A stretch of DNA of 56,131 nucleotides, filler included, from Catajapyx aquilonaris (lineage: Eukaryota), in the NCBI GenBank assembly GCA_000934665.2. It is 3 parts of 3 records of this genome, joined end to end, with 100 filler letters (N's around TTAATTAATTAA, not from the genome) between each part and the next. Parts side by side here need not be neighbours in the genome. Positions count along the whole stretch, not along the records: positions 1 to 18,610 come from JYFJ02006654.1; positions 18,711 to 37,304 come from JYFJ02006655.1; 1 more part is not named here. One strand, given 5' to 3'. Both the position numbers and the translations under genes were made by a program. The notes beneath the pieces were generated by a model, which saw only the letters and a program-made list of their open reading frames with translations, did not search any database and was not told the DNA's origin. Below are positions 11,313 to 22,358 of this stretch, one piece after another; position 1 is the first letter of the stretch; every line of letters starts with the position of its first letter.

Positions 11313-14300
11313 ATGGCTAGTGGAGGACAAGGCGTTTCCAGGAAGGACAGGGTGAGGCTGAGGAAGGATCAGGATTCCGACGAGGTACTGAGATAATCTT
11401 GGATTAGCTACATTCTGTACAGAGTATGTCAACATAATAATGTTGCTTATTATTACCTTCAGAGAATGTATGAGACAGGGAACGGTAAGATCCGTGTGGG
11501 AGACATAGTGTGGGGAAAGATTGGGGGTTACCCCTACTGGCCAGGGACTTTCTCTGGGTTGGACCAAGAGAAACTGGCCAAAGTCTCCTTCTTCGCCGCC
11601 AAGACCTGTGGCTTCCTGAAACTCACAACCGTAAGGCCCTACCGGACTCACAAGCCGGAGGCGAGGGATTTCAAGGGTCACAGGGGGCTCAAGGAGGCCA
11701 TCAAACAAGCGGAAGAGTACATGAGAACTAAAGAGCCAGTGACCCAAGAGGGTGAGGATGATGCAGAGGGTTCAGTGGATATAAGGACCATGACGGAGAC
11801 GCTCAGAGAGAAGAACATACAGGTAACGATGCAGTACCACTTGCTGTGGTCCTCAGGCCAATTGCATAAGCATCATAAGTCATGGTGAATTATTATCTCC
11901 CAGGTCAAATATGCAAATAGCATGTTGGTTGTCTTTTGCAAGCCACAATACCTAGGAAAATGGTTTAATTTTTTCATCAATCACTTTCATAAATTATGTA
12001 CGGTAGAGGGTTAATTTCCGCCTTTCATGTCTACAAGCCACAAATGGCACTACCATTATCAAATTAAAAGTTGCATTGTCCGGTAGGATTATCAGCATTA
12101 ATTGAGTGAACATCAACACCGATTTATGTGACTGGTACAGCCTTGCAACATTTTAATCATCTGCGACTGCAACATGTAATAAGAGAGCCATGTGAATTAT
12201 TGAAGGTGTTAATGTACTCAATGTATGTATTTTTTCCAATCCAGCCTTCTCAGCTCAAGATTGGATTTTTGGGCCTTGGCTTGATGGGATTTGGTATTGT
12301 CAAGAACCTTGTGAACTCAGGTCACAAGGTCATGGTCTGGAATCCTGCCCTTGATACATGCCAGGTGTTTGTGGAGGCTGGGGCAGAGCAGGGGAAGACA
12401 CCTTCCGAGGTGGTCCAGTCGTCGAATGTGACCTTCAGCTACCTGGAAGATCCCCATGCAGCTAAAGAAATTGTGTTTGGGGTTGACGGTGTCCTGAAGG
12501 ATGTGACTGCGGGCAAGGGTTACATAGAAATGACTTGGATGAAGCCAGACATGAGCCGTGAGATAGGGGCGGGCATTACAGCCAAGAAGGGAAGATACTT
12601 GGAAGCACAGGTCCTGGGGAGCAAAGAGCAGGCCATGGAAGGGACACTGGTGGTAATTGCTGCAGGGGACTACTCCTTGTTTAAACACTGCGAGACTTGC
12701 TTCCAGGTAAAGTTGTGTTACATTTTGAAAGGTCTAGCCTCTTGCATGAGACAACATGAGGTCTGTTCCTCTTCCAGGCAATGGGCATCGACTCGCTCTA
12801 TGTTGGTAAGGTACTAGGAACAGTCTCCATGATTTACCTGTTCCTCCAGCTGTACGGTGCAGTTATGCTGACTGCCACAGTTGAATGCATGTCCATGGCA
12901 GTCCAAATGGGCTTAAAGGAGGAAGATGTACTGGGCATTATCAAACTCACTTCCCTGGCCTGCCCGGCTGCTCTTGAAAACATGGGAGCCGTGATTGATG
13001 GAAGCTTCGTCTCCACCCAACTGGACCGCATGCTGACGGACCTGAAGATAGCCATTTCCATAGGCGATCAGACGAGTCAGCCAATGACAACTACTATTAG
13101 GGCCTACGAAGCTATTAAGCAGGCCATGCAGAATGGCCGCATGAAGTACAAACCATCACCTGTCAAGGTAGGCGCACCCTTACTATGCCGCATTAATTTT
13201 AAATTTTGTCTGACCTACCATTTTTTTTATTGTTGGGGTGGTTAGAAGCGCCGGTCAACCTCTGCAGGTCATTCTCTGGCCATCAGATATCAGCTGGGCA
13301 ATGGCTCAGGAGATGGGGCAGCATTGATCATCCACCACAACCAGCCGCATATATTCTTAAACCTGCCTACCCTACCTAATGTGATAGCCGAACCAGAACT
13401 TGTGCAGTTAGATGTGAAGACTATCACTGAGAGACTTCGAGAGTTGAAGTTACAGGTGACAATGCAACCTCATTTCATACCTGCAAGGCAAAAACAATGT
13501 GTCATAAATTTTTTACTTCATTTCAGCCATCTGGCCTCAGGATTGGATTTTTAGGACTTGGCTTGATGGGTTCCGGAATGGCAAAGAATCTTCTAAACTC
13601 AGGTCATAAGGTCATGGTTTGGAACCGCACACATGGAAAATGCCAGGTGTTCGTGAAGGCTGGGGCAAAGCGGGGGCGGACACCTTCCGAGGTTGTCCAG
13701 TCATCAGACGTGACCTTCAGCTGCCTGGCTAACCCTCAAGCTGCCAAGGAAGTGGTGTTTGGGCCTGGTGGTGTCCTGCATGGTATGGCTGAGGGAAAAG
13801 GTTACATAGAAATGACCGGCATGGACCCAAATACCAGCTGTGAAATAGAAGACGCCATTATCGCCAAGCAAGGAAGGTATCTGGAGGCACAGATCCAGGG
13901 GAGCAAATCACAGGCCGTGGAAGGGACGCTGGTCATAATTGCTGCAGGGGATCAGTCATTGTATAATGACTGCCAGACATGCTTCCAGGTAAGGTTGCTA
14001 ATGACTGTTGTCTGAACTGTTACTGCATCTTGAAAATTGTGGTATTTGACATAAACATGGAAATGAGACAATATCTTCTTCCAGGCCATGGGCGACAACT
14101 CCCTGTACTTAGGTGCTGAAGTGGGAACGGCCACCAATATGTATCTAGTCCTTCGTCAGTATGCCGCAATTATTCAGGCTGGTTTAGCAGAGGGCATGGT
14201 TTTGGCCGACGAGGCAGGAGTAACTCAAGACCTTCTACTGAAGGCCCTAGGAGTCACCTCCATGGCATCCCCCTCTGCTCTGGAAAGTATGCAACTGGTG

Positions 14301-14498
14301 ATTGAAGGATTGAGTGGCCCCTCCCAATATATGCTGCAGCACATGCAGAAGGACCTGAAGCTGGCCATCACCATGGGGGATCAGACGAACGTCCCAACTC
14401 CAATGTCTTTTGGGGCCTACGAGCTTTTTAAGAGGGCCATTAAGGCAGGCTACTTCAAGTACGATGCATCAGCACTCTACATAGCAGCTCGCTTTTAG
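11313..14498 (+). CDS. GLYR1: GLYR1/NP60/N-PAC (NDF)-like protein: PWWP plus two tandem beta-hydroxyacid dehydrogenase-like domains (~789 aa); exons 11313-11384, 11463-11822, 12245-12706, 12778-13167, 13246-13455, 13527-13988, 14085-14498
   Basis: PWWP GDIVWGKIGGYPYWPG..KVSFF..AIKQAEEY. Both DH repeats match N-PAC signatures (IGFLGLGLMG, GH.V.VWN, TPSEVV, YLEAQ, LVIIAAGD, CFQAMG, DLK.AI..GD); DH2 ends DASALY. All six introns are GT-AG, phase 0, and the joined frame is open. Confidence 0.88.
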
Positions 14499-15902
14499 TG
14501 TAGCAGATGTAAGATACACCACCTGCTTCCAGTGTTTACTTTTTTCCCCCCCCTTAAGTTTGGTTAAAGGATATTTCCATTACGTGTGAGACAACTTCTC
14601 TACTTTTTATTATCATGTCATCAAAAACCAAGGACTCTGAATCATGATTTTTGAAATATACATATTTGCATAATATTTGTTCATTGATGACTAAAGTTTT
14701 CTAACAGTGGCCCAAAGAAGTTGGTGAAAATAATATTTCATTGTTGAAAACATCACATACGTGAGAGTTTAAGTCCACATCTACAAAACATAACTGCTCA
14801 ACAGCAAATAAACTTTAGTCATCTTTAAATGAAGAACAACTCAGAAAAAATGTAATCGTATAATCATCGTGAGTTTATAATGGCAATAAATCACTACCTC
14901 AAAAGTTATTTGAACTGGCGCACATCACATCCTACTTTTATTTTTCATTAATGCAACCAAGATGCCCATATCTGTTAACCATATTTTCATGTAGCCTCCT
15001 GATCTACCTTGTTTTACAGTAGCACATTTCTCAGTGTGTGAAAATATGGAATGTACCAAGTGAAATAGCAAAAATATGTATTATTATGAAAACATCAACC
15101 AAAAGTTATGATCCTACCTCACATTATTAATATATCTTTCGATATTTGCATTTTGGGAAAATTTGTGTCCACCCACTGTACCGGTCGAAGATTTCAATCC
15201 GAAATGAACAGTATTTTCATGAAGCCTCCTGTGGGAGTCACAACCATATTATGGTTGTGACTTTTGTTATGAGCAAATTAACTGGCTGTATTAAATGAAA
15301 ATAAATAATTCCAACAATGGAGGACATTCTTAAAAAGGACATCGAATGTGTAAAAATGCTACAGTGCTCAGCACTCTTTGTCCTGCGACTGCTTCTCCAC
15401 TCATTACTTTGGTATGAAAATTTTTGTCAAGTGAAATTAAAATGCCTTCCTTCCAGTCTTCCTTGGTTTGAAATGAAGAGAAAATTAATTAGTTCAAGGG
15501 TAAAGTCCCACATTGTATATCAATTATTTTTTAATCATATCAATTTTAGTGAACAATTTGCACTTCAAGAAATTAAACATCTACAATACCCAAAAAAAAC
15601 TACATTAAAATCTGTAGCACCTATACTGTGACCATTTCAAATGTGAAAAAAAATTGCAATTTTGCAATTTTCAAGCCCAGCGGAAAATATTGAACTTCAC
15701 CTATTTGTGTAATATTGTTAGGAACATATTCCATTAAAAAATATCATGCAGCAGTTTCCTAAGCAGTAAATGGGAGTGAATCAAGCATAAAGCAGCAGAT
15801 GAATTGAGAAAAAAAACAAACGCAAGTATTACCTGAGTTTCTAAAAATATATGCATCTCCTTTTTCCTGTGCCGTGATTCTGATCAATGGGAATGTCTAC
15901 AA

Positions 15903-16280
15903 ACCATGGGGGATCAGAAGAACGTCCCAACTCCAATGTCTTTCGGGGCCTACGAGCTTTTTAAGAGGGCCATTAAGGCACCAAATACGATGCATCAGCA
16001 CTGTACACAGCGGCTCGCTTTTAGTTAGGTGCTTCCAGTGTTCAACATTACTCTTTTTTCCCCTTAAGTTTGGTTAAAGGATATTTCCTTTACACATTTA
16101 GGACTACTGTCACAACTAAAAAATGAAGTTCTTCAGGAATTAATTTTATTATAATGGCAGCAAAAAGGATAAGGAATGAACAATGATTCTTGAAATGCAT
16201 CGATTAGCATATTATTTTGTCCATTTATGACTAAGTTTTCTAACAGTTGCATGACGAAATTATTGGAGAAAATAATTTCT
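15903..16280 (+). pseudogene. Partial duplicate of the GLYR1-like last exon end and 3'UTR (source ~14370-14740)
   Basis: accatgggggatcaga.gaacgtcccaactccaatgtctt.ggggcctacgagctttttaagagggccattaaggca is near identical; a deletion precedes tacgatgcatcagcact; 3'UTR ccccttaagtttggttaaaggatatttcc is shared. Confidence 0.85.
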
Positions 16281-16749
16281 ATGAATTTCATAGTTGTAGT
16301 CATCATAATTATGACACACATTCATTCTTCTACTTTACATCTAGTTTCCTGAACTTATCATCCAGATGACGTCGAGACACTGTCTATCTATCCATCTTTT
16401 TATATGAAAAAAATTAACAATCTTCAAAAACATTGTTTATTTTTCTTGTGCGACTCATATCTTCAAGCCTGACGTTCTCATTAAATGTTATACTGTGCAT
16501 AACATGTCCAAATTTTCAGCTCAATCGCATCACTTTCAACAGATGATACGCCCAGAAAACAAAAAAGTTGCAATATACTAATATTATTTTGGCCACTAGT
16601 TATTGCCAACATTTTATTTTTCTTCTTCTAACAATGAAAGCAAGCGTTTCCGTAGAAACATTCTGCACAGCAATTTATAGTATAGCAAACTGCAGTTTCT
16701 ACACAGGGAGATATACATGGAGATTCTGGCCAGGTTGCATTATTAGTAT

Positions 16750-16815
16750 AATAATAATAATTAAGAGGTCTAATAATAATAATTAAGAGGTCTAATAATA
16801 ATAATTAAGAGGTCT
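16750..16815. repeat. Short tandem repeat (aataataataattaagaggtct) x3
   Basis: Direct reading. Confidence 0.9.
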
Positions 16816-16966
16816 TACAAAGCGACGACTTATTTCAGCAAATTATTGTGCCAATAACCACTAAATAGAAGTTAAAATGCAATAATATGTATGTTATCGG
16901 TGGCACTCATTAGCAGCTGAGGAACTGATTGTTGCCTGATTCCAGGCCTGCAAGTGATTTGTGGAC

Positions 16967-17469
16967 ATGGTAAGTGCCAGAAGATATTTTAAAAAATTAT
17001 TATAATGCATTAAGTCGACTGCCTTCATTAACAGTCTAAGTTGCTTTTTGCAGGTTACTGTCGGCGGAATCATTCGGTTAGCCTTGACTGGAATCCTGAT
17101 TGGATTGATGATCGGTGAGTTATTCCTCACATAATTATTATGACGTCCTCGTACAATCTAGAACAAAACGAATAAAAATGAACCTGTGTGTAAAACACCT
17201 TTATTGCTTTATTATTTAAAACATACTTATGCTCAACAGCTGTTATGCTGCACCACGAACCGTTTGTTGAACGCAATTTCTCTTTTCTCGATTGCCTTCC
17301 AGGTTCACTGTCCGTAATCGAATGGGAGACTGGAATGGTGGACGCCCGTGTTCCGTACCAAGGGCGGAAACAGAAATTACGACTTTACGTTCGTTTGGGA
17401 TTGTCACAATTTAACATTCAAGCAGGTGAGGATCAGTTATTTGAAGCAGCAACAGCAGGAGGAGTATGA
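16967..17469 (+). CDS. Candidate small secreted/membrane peptide gene; exons 16967-16969, 17054-17114, 17303-17425 (or read-through to stop 17469)
   Basis: Consensus sites ATG|gtaagt, ttttgcag|, G|gtgagt and ttgccttccag| with compatible phases give MVTVGGIIRLALTGILIGLMIGSLSVIEWETGMVDARVPYQGRKQKLRLYVRLG... Confidence 0.4.
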
Positions 17470-17750
17470 CCAGTTTCAGAAAGGGACGTCACGTCCCTTT
17501 CTGAAACTGGTCATGTATGAAACTGGTCGTGTATGAAACTGGTCGTGTATGAAACTGTGAAACTGGTCGTGTATGAAACTGGTCGTGTATGAAACTGGTC
17601 ATGTATGATGACGTTTCATAAAGCACCAATTAGAGACACGATCAGATGTGATACTTGAAGCTCATTGGCTGGAGGGAGAGGATCCTGCCTCTGATTGGTG
17701 CTTTATGAAACGTCATCGTACGTCACGTCCCTTTCTGAAAGTGGTCATAC
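17463..17750. mobile_element. MITE with TIR gtatgaccagtttcagaaagggacgt, an internal palindrome and a 16-bp minisatellite (gtatgaaactggtcgt)n
   Basis: Left end pairs with acgtccctttctgaaagtggtcatac (17725-17750); inner IR atgacgtttcataaagcaccaat / attggtgctttatgaaacgtcat. Confidence 0.75.
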
Positions 17751-18124
17751 CAGGGAGCATATACTACAAAAGAGACGCAAACATTCGATTTTCGCGTCTC
17801 TCTGTTTGGGGCGTTGCAAAGGCTGGCGGCCATTTTGAAGTGTGGGTAACGCCAACGAGGTATAAATAGGGTACAGGCAAAAATAGGGTCCGACATCTTT
17901 GATTCGCGCGTGTTCTACTTGCCTTTCTTGCCGTGTAGTTGCCATGGCCGCCACAACCATCAAATATGGCGGACCCTATTTTTGCCTGTACCCTATTTAC
18001 ACCTCGTTGGCGTTGACCACACTTCAAAATGGCCGCTAGCCTTGGCAACGGCCCCAAACAGAGAGACGCGAACATCAAAGGCGCCGACAGAAGTTAGCGC
18101 CTCTTATGTAGTATATGCTCCCTG
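17751..18124. mobile_element. Foldback MITE, P-element-like (CAGGG terminus, 7-bp TSD)
   Basis: TIR cagggagcatatactac / gtagtatatgctccctg; long inner arms; direct repeat gtcatac at 17744-17750 and 18125-18131. Confidence 0.85.
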
Positions 18125-18160
18125 GTCATACTTTGTACGAGCACAACTGAGTGCGCAGCC

Positions 18161-18451
18161 CAAAGAGTTCTGCTATTATATAATATAATACCTAGAGGAG
18201 GTACTCCCTATCCTTTTCCATTAGACAGGCTGAGGCAGCCGCCATCTTGTTGGAGGTCATATTGTTGTTCTAACAGTTGTCTAGCAACTGGGACAACAAC
18301 CAATAATGACAACTGGGCGACAATTAGTTCAAATAATGTCAGGCGTCCGCCATCTTGTTGGAGGTCATATTGTTGCCTGCATTGTTGCCTGCCTCACATT
18401 TCAGGCCGAGTACCTCCTCTAGGTGTATATATAATATAGCAGAACTCTTTG
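18161..18451. mobile_element. MITE, P- or hAT-like (CAAAG terminus, 8-bp TSD), with an inner IR pair
   Basis: TIR caaagagttctgcta / tagcagaactctttg; TSD gcgcagcc at 18153-18160 and 18452-18459; inner acctagaggaggtactc / gagtacctcctctaggt. Confidence 0.88.
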
Positions 18452-18610
18452 GCGCAGCCACATTCGCACAGCTCCGACGTTGCCAGAGTTACTGATGAGC
18501 CTTGGCAACGTCAAAAACATTGGCCACAAAAGTAGCGTTGGAAATAAGTGCAGCGCTTACATGCGAGTACATCCACTATACACAGAGCTTACCAGATATC
18601 ATTGGTAATA

Positions 18611-18710
18611 NNNNNNNNNNNNNNNNNNNNNNNNNNNNNNNNNNNNNNNNNNNNTTAATTAATTAANNNNNNNNNNNNNNNNNNNNNNNNNNNNNNNNNN
18701 NNNNNNNNNN
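18611..18710. other. Assembly gap (N44-TTAATTAATTAA-N44 artificial linker)
   Basis: Same 100-nt construct at 37305-37404; the 12-mer puts stops in all six frames. Confidence 0.97.
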
Positions 18711-18860
18711 GACAGGAGGTTCAGTGACAGGAGGTTCAGTGACAGGAGGTTCAGTGACAGGAGGTTCAGTGACAGGAGGTTCAGTGACAGGAGGTTCAGT
18801 GACAGGAGGTTCAGTGACAGGAGGTTGTGTGACAGGAGGTTGGGTGATAGGAGGTTGGGT
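18711..18860 (-). repeat. 15-bp coding minisatellite: 3 TQPP(I/V) plus at least 7 TEPPV units
   Basis: gacaggaggttcagt x7, then gacaggaggttg(t/g)gt units. Confidence 0.95.
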
Positions 18861-20564
18861 GACGGGGGGAGGAGATATGCATGGACAACCGTTCCAGGCT
18901 GTGCCCCTGACACTAATCACAGGCCCGAGATCCCATAGGAAGTCACTCGCGTTGTAGAAGGGGCCATTTCTGTCTATCGTCATGATAACCTGCATCGGTC
19001 GACCCATGTGGCTCATGAACTGATATATGTCTGCTCGGAGTAGTTCGTCAGCTGCCTTTTGACGGTACTTGTCGGCGAGTATGGTATAGTTCTTTATCAA
19101 AATGTCCGGAAGACCACTGTTGTATTCGGCTGATCGGACCTTCCTCCACCGGAGCTTTTTTGTCTTGTCCCCTGCGTCATTCACAATAGGTTTGAGCAAG
19201 CCGCGTTCTCTTCTGCATGTCTGGAAGTCCTTCTGGCAGATAAACGTCGAGTTCTGCATGCATGTCTCGTCCATCCAACCGTCGTATTCTCCAAACAGTC
19301 CCATCATGCAATGCTGCACTCCATCCCGGTTGTCCGGCTGACCTTTGGCCCAGAAATGACCTCGAACAGGAGTCAGGGTCGATTCCCACACCCACTTGCC
19401 CTCGTCACCCAGGTCGGTTCCTCCCAGCCAACTACTACCAGCCTGATCTATTAATATAATAACACACTTAATATGATATATGAACTCGTATTAGATACTT
19501 AGGGCCATTCTAATACAAAGGCCCATATCTTGTGATTTTTGTGGAAACGCATGACAACGATAATATGGGCAATAAAAAATATTTTGAAGTATTATTGTGT
19601 TAATCGTGTTACTCTCTGCAAGTTATGATTCTGAACTGGACAATTTAATATAAGGTGGGCTTACAGCACTGAAACCCCTCTCCAGCTTTAATACAGTCCG
19701 GCTTTCAACTACAAAAATCGACAAAAATTGTCAAGATCTTAAATATTACGTAAATCACTAACAAAACTGATAATAATATTAATCTTTGTTAAAACCAATG
19801 TTTCTCTGTAAAAGTACAGTACCTCTGTATCAAGTCTGTGTCAATGGTCCGTTATTAGTACGTAGATAATAGTTTGATTAGTAGCCATCTTATTTGCAGG
19901 CTACCGGTACCGTACCTTTAATATCATATAATACCGAAGTCATAACAGCACTGTCTTATTGGCAGAGAAATGAAAATCGCTAATGTCACATGAGCTTTTT
20001 ACACATCATTTCAGTTAGTGTTGAGAGTTTTCAAATAACTGGTAAAATATCACAGTCACAATGTAACGTTCAAAGTAGTGGTATGCAATATAGTGTTGAA
20101 AGTGTGATGAGTATAACTTATTTATCTCTGTAAACATCATTCTATAGTGCTGATTGATATTTTTGTGGAAATTGACGTAGACTAATCATCAATTATAAGG
20201 TTATGGCAGGATAGTTCAATATTATTATTGGTTTGGCCAACTCAGAGCATTTTTATGATATAGAGTGAGAACAGTTTAATAATTCAGGCAAATCTCTATA
20301 CTCACTTATTTGAAGTTCATTCAATGAATCAATTTCTTCCCTGGTTTGAGGCGTTGCCAAAACAGACCCAATTCGCCTGCAGTATTCCGCGGCCAAGAAC
20401 CAGTTTATCTTAAATTCGGTTGAAATGTAGTAGCATAGTCCTGTAGGTGTCCTAGAGAATGGTCTAGGACATTCGTGGTCTGCAGTCAGTGCAAGTGCCA
20501 ATGACATCATTGCATAAATGGCAAACGGGACTAGAAGGCCAGCCATCTTGTGTGTTCTCGCCAT
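18711..20564 (-). CDS. Secreted C-type lectin/mucin protein, copy A (3' part lost in the gap); exons 20564-20306 and 19447-<18711
   Basis: Signal peptide; CPRPF..GLCYY..NWFLAAEYCRRIGSVLA; WLGGTDLGDEGKWVW..WAKGQPDN..QHC..WMDETC..FICQ = CTLD with QPD; then (TEPPV/TQPPV)n up to the gap; phase-1 intron. Confidence 0.88.
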
Positions 20565-22358
20565 TGCTGTTTCATATTTTTAAAAACAATTTCATTAGAC
20601 TAAACTCCGAAACTTAAATTAAAAGCATGTTCACTTCCTTACCCTTTGCAGCGCGACTTCCAGAATAGACTAGGCTACTGCACATCTAAAAGACTGCTAC
20701 AAAATATCAAATGCATTATCTAGACAATTTATTACACAATGGGAAATGATTTTTATGACGTTTGTTTGAATCACTTAGTCTACATATGGCAATACATAGG
20801 TTATAATGATATGAAAATTACTTATTCAAAGGTTAAAATTGCGCTCTGACTACTTGATATTTGTCATTGACTGTATAATGGAACGAAATGCACGTCAATC
20901 CTGAATTATTATCGGGAAACCAACATATTTGTCGAATATACGAGCTTCCAATAATAGGCTTTGACGCGTGAAGGCATCTACAAATGCCAGGTTATCTATT
21001 AAATGAAATGGCTCATATTATGCCATTCTTTCATTGTTAACATTGCTAACCATCAATGTAATGGAGGGAAGAATCATCTAAATAATTTACCCCAGACAAG
21101 TATAGGAGATCGAGGATTTTTTTTCATTCTTTTGGGTTGTAAATATTTTTATTCAATCATATCATAATTAAGGGGGAGCAGTATCAAAATTAAGGTAAAC
21201 AAGTTGGCTCTGCAGCTAGCTGGCAAAGTGAGCCTACCGAATGTTTGCACCACAACAGAAGGCAGTTGTTGCCCCCCGTTGTCAATACGTCCTCCTCCAT
21301 CATCCTGCCCTATGTGTGTTTGAACCTTAGAGACACGCATCTAATCTACCCCACTGCAAGCAGCGCCCCTTCCGACGACCACTCGAAGGTCCCTTACCCG
21401 CCGGCAATATAGGAGGATTCGATAATAATTATTGTCTACATTTCTGAGGCCGTATGGCAGGAAAAAAGGTTCATTCGTGGCAGAAATTATTGCAGCCAAG
21501 AGAAGTACATGATTTGGTGCAAGGCACGTAGTTTCTTTTTGTTCCACTTTCGGGCAAGAAATAAACTTTGCGGCGAGTTGATGTTAGCGGAAAACGTCGT
21601 TCTCGAAAGGGCCATTTGAATAACATTGCGGCAGGGATCACGATAAAATCGGACACATTTTTGAAGCCACATGTACACAATTTTAAATTTTTAATCAGTC
21701 ATGACAATTGTGGTGCAATTGTCAAGGGGAAACGTTTCCGCAAGGCTCGTAGTTCGTATTTTTTCAGATTAAAGACGAGTTTCGCGACAAAACATTTACG
21801 TTCCCTACAAAATGCGTTACCATATTTTTGCTACGGTCATGCTACAGCTTTGAAAGGAATTACTGAAAAATAATGGTACTACCTACTAACATTGTGACAG
21901 TGACGGAGGGTGGTTTATTATTGTCAACTCTTTACACGAGTAGTACGGGGCTACATAAGGTGATACCTGCAAGAGAGGGGATTTTTACATAATACAGTAG
22001 ATCGGTGTGCTTGATATTAGCCTATAATATACGTATGCCGATGTATTAAACAGTGGTGGAGGCTCCTAAATATGGATCAAGATAGGACATAAACGGAGAG
22101 AATAATATGCCCTTCCCACAACCCCCAAACAACAATTTTCAATATTTTCTGCGTACGTAAATTGATTTTAGAATGAGGTATGGTGAGTTATAGTGTTTTA
22201 TTTTCATTGATTACTTTCAACAACAGCTCACTCCTACGGATTAATTTTGATATGATAATTGCTGAAGGCGTTTCAAAGATGGAGTCTAATTAGGTGAGAA
22301 AATGCCGTCACCCACGTAACAAGTCAATATTACAGTAGGTTACAGAGCCGGTGTGATG

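Noticed and set aside
12128..14498. Two stand-alone 3-hydroxyisobutyrate dehydrogenase genes, or a bacterial operon/HGT
   Set aside because: Spliceosomal introns, N-PAC-specific residues, no catalytic Lys, and an in-frame link to a PWWP exon.
17514..17607. 16-bp repeat array resembling CRISPR repeats or iterons
   Set aside because: No unique spacers, eukaryotic context, and it lies inside a MITE.
18655..18666. TTAATTAATTAA palindrome inside N runs (also 37349-37360)
   Set aside because: Artificial six-frame-stop gap linker, not biological.
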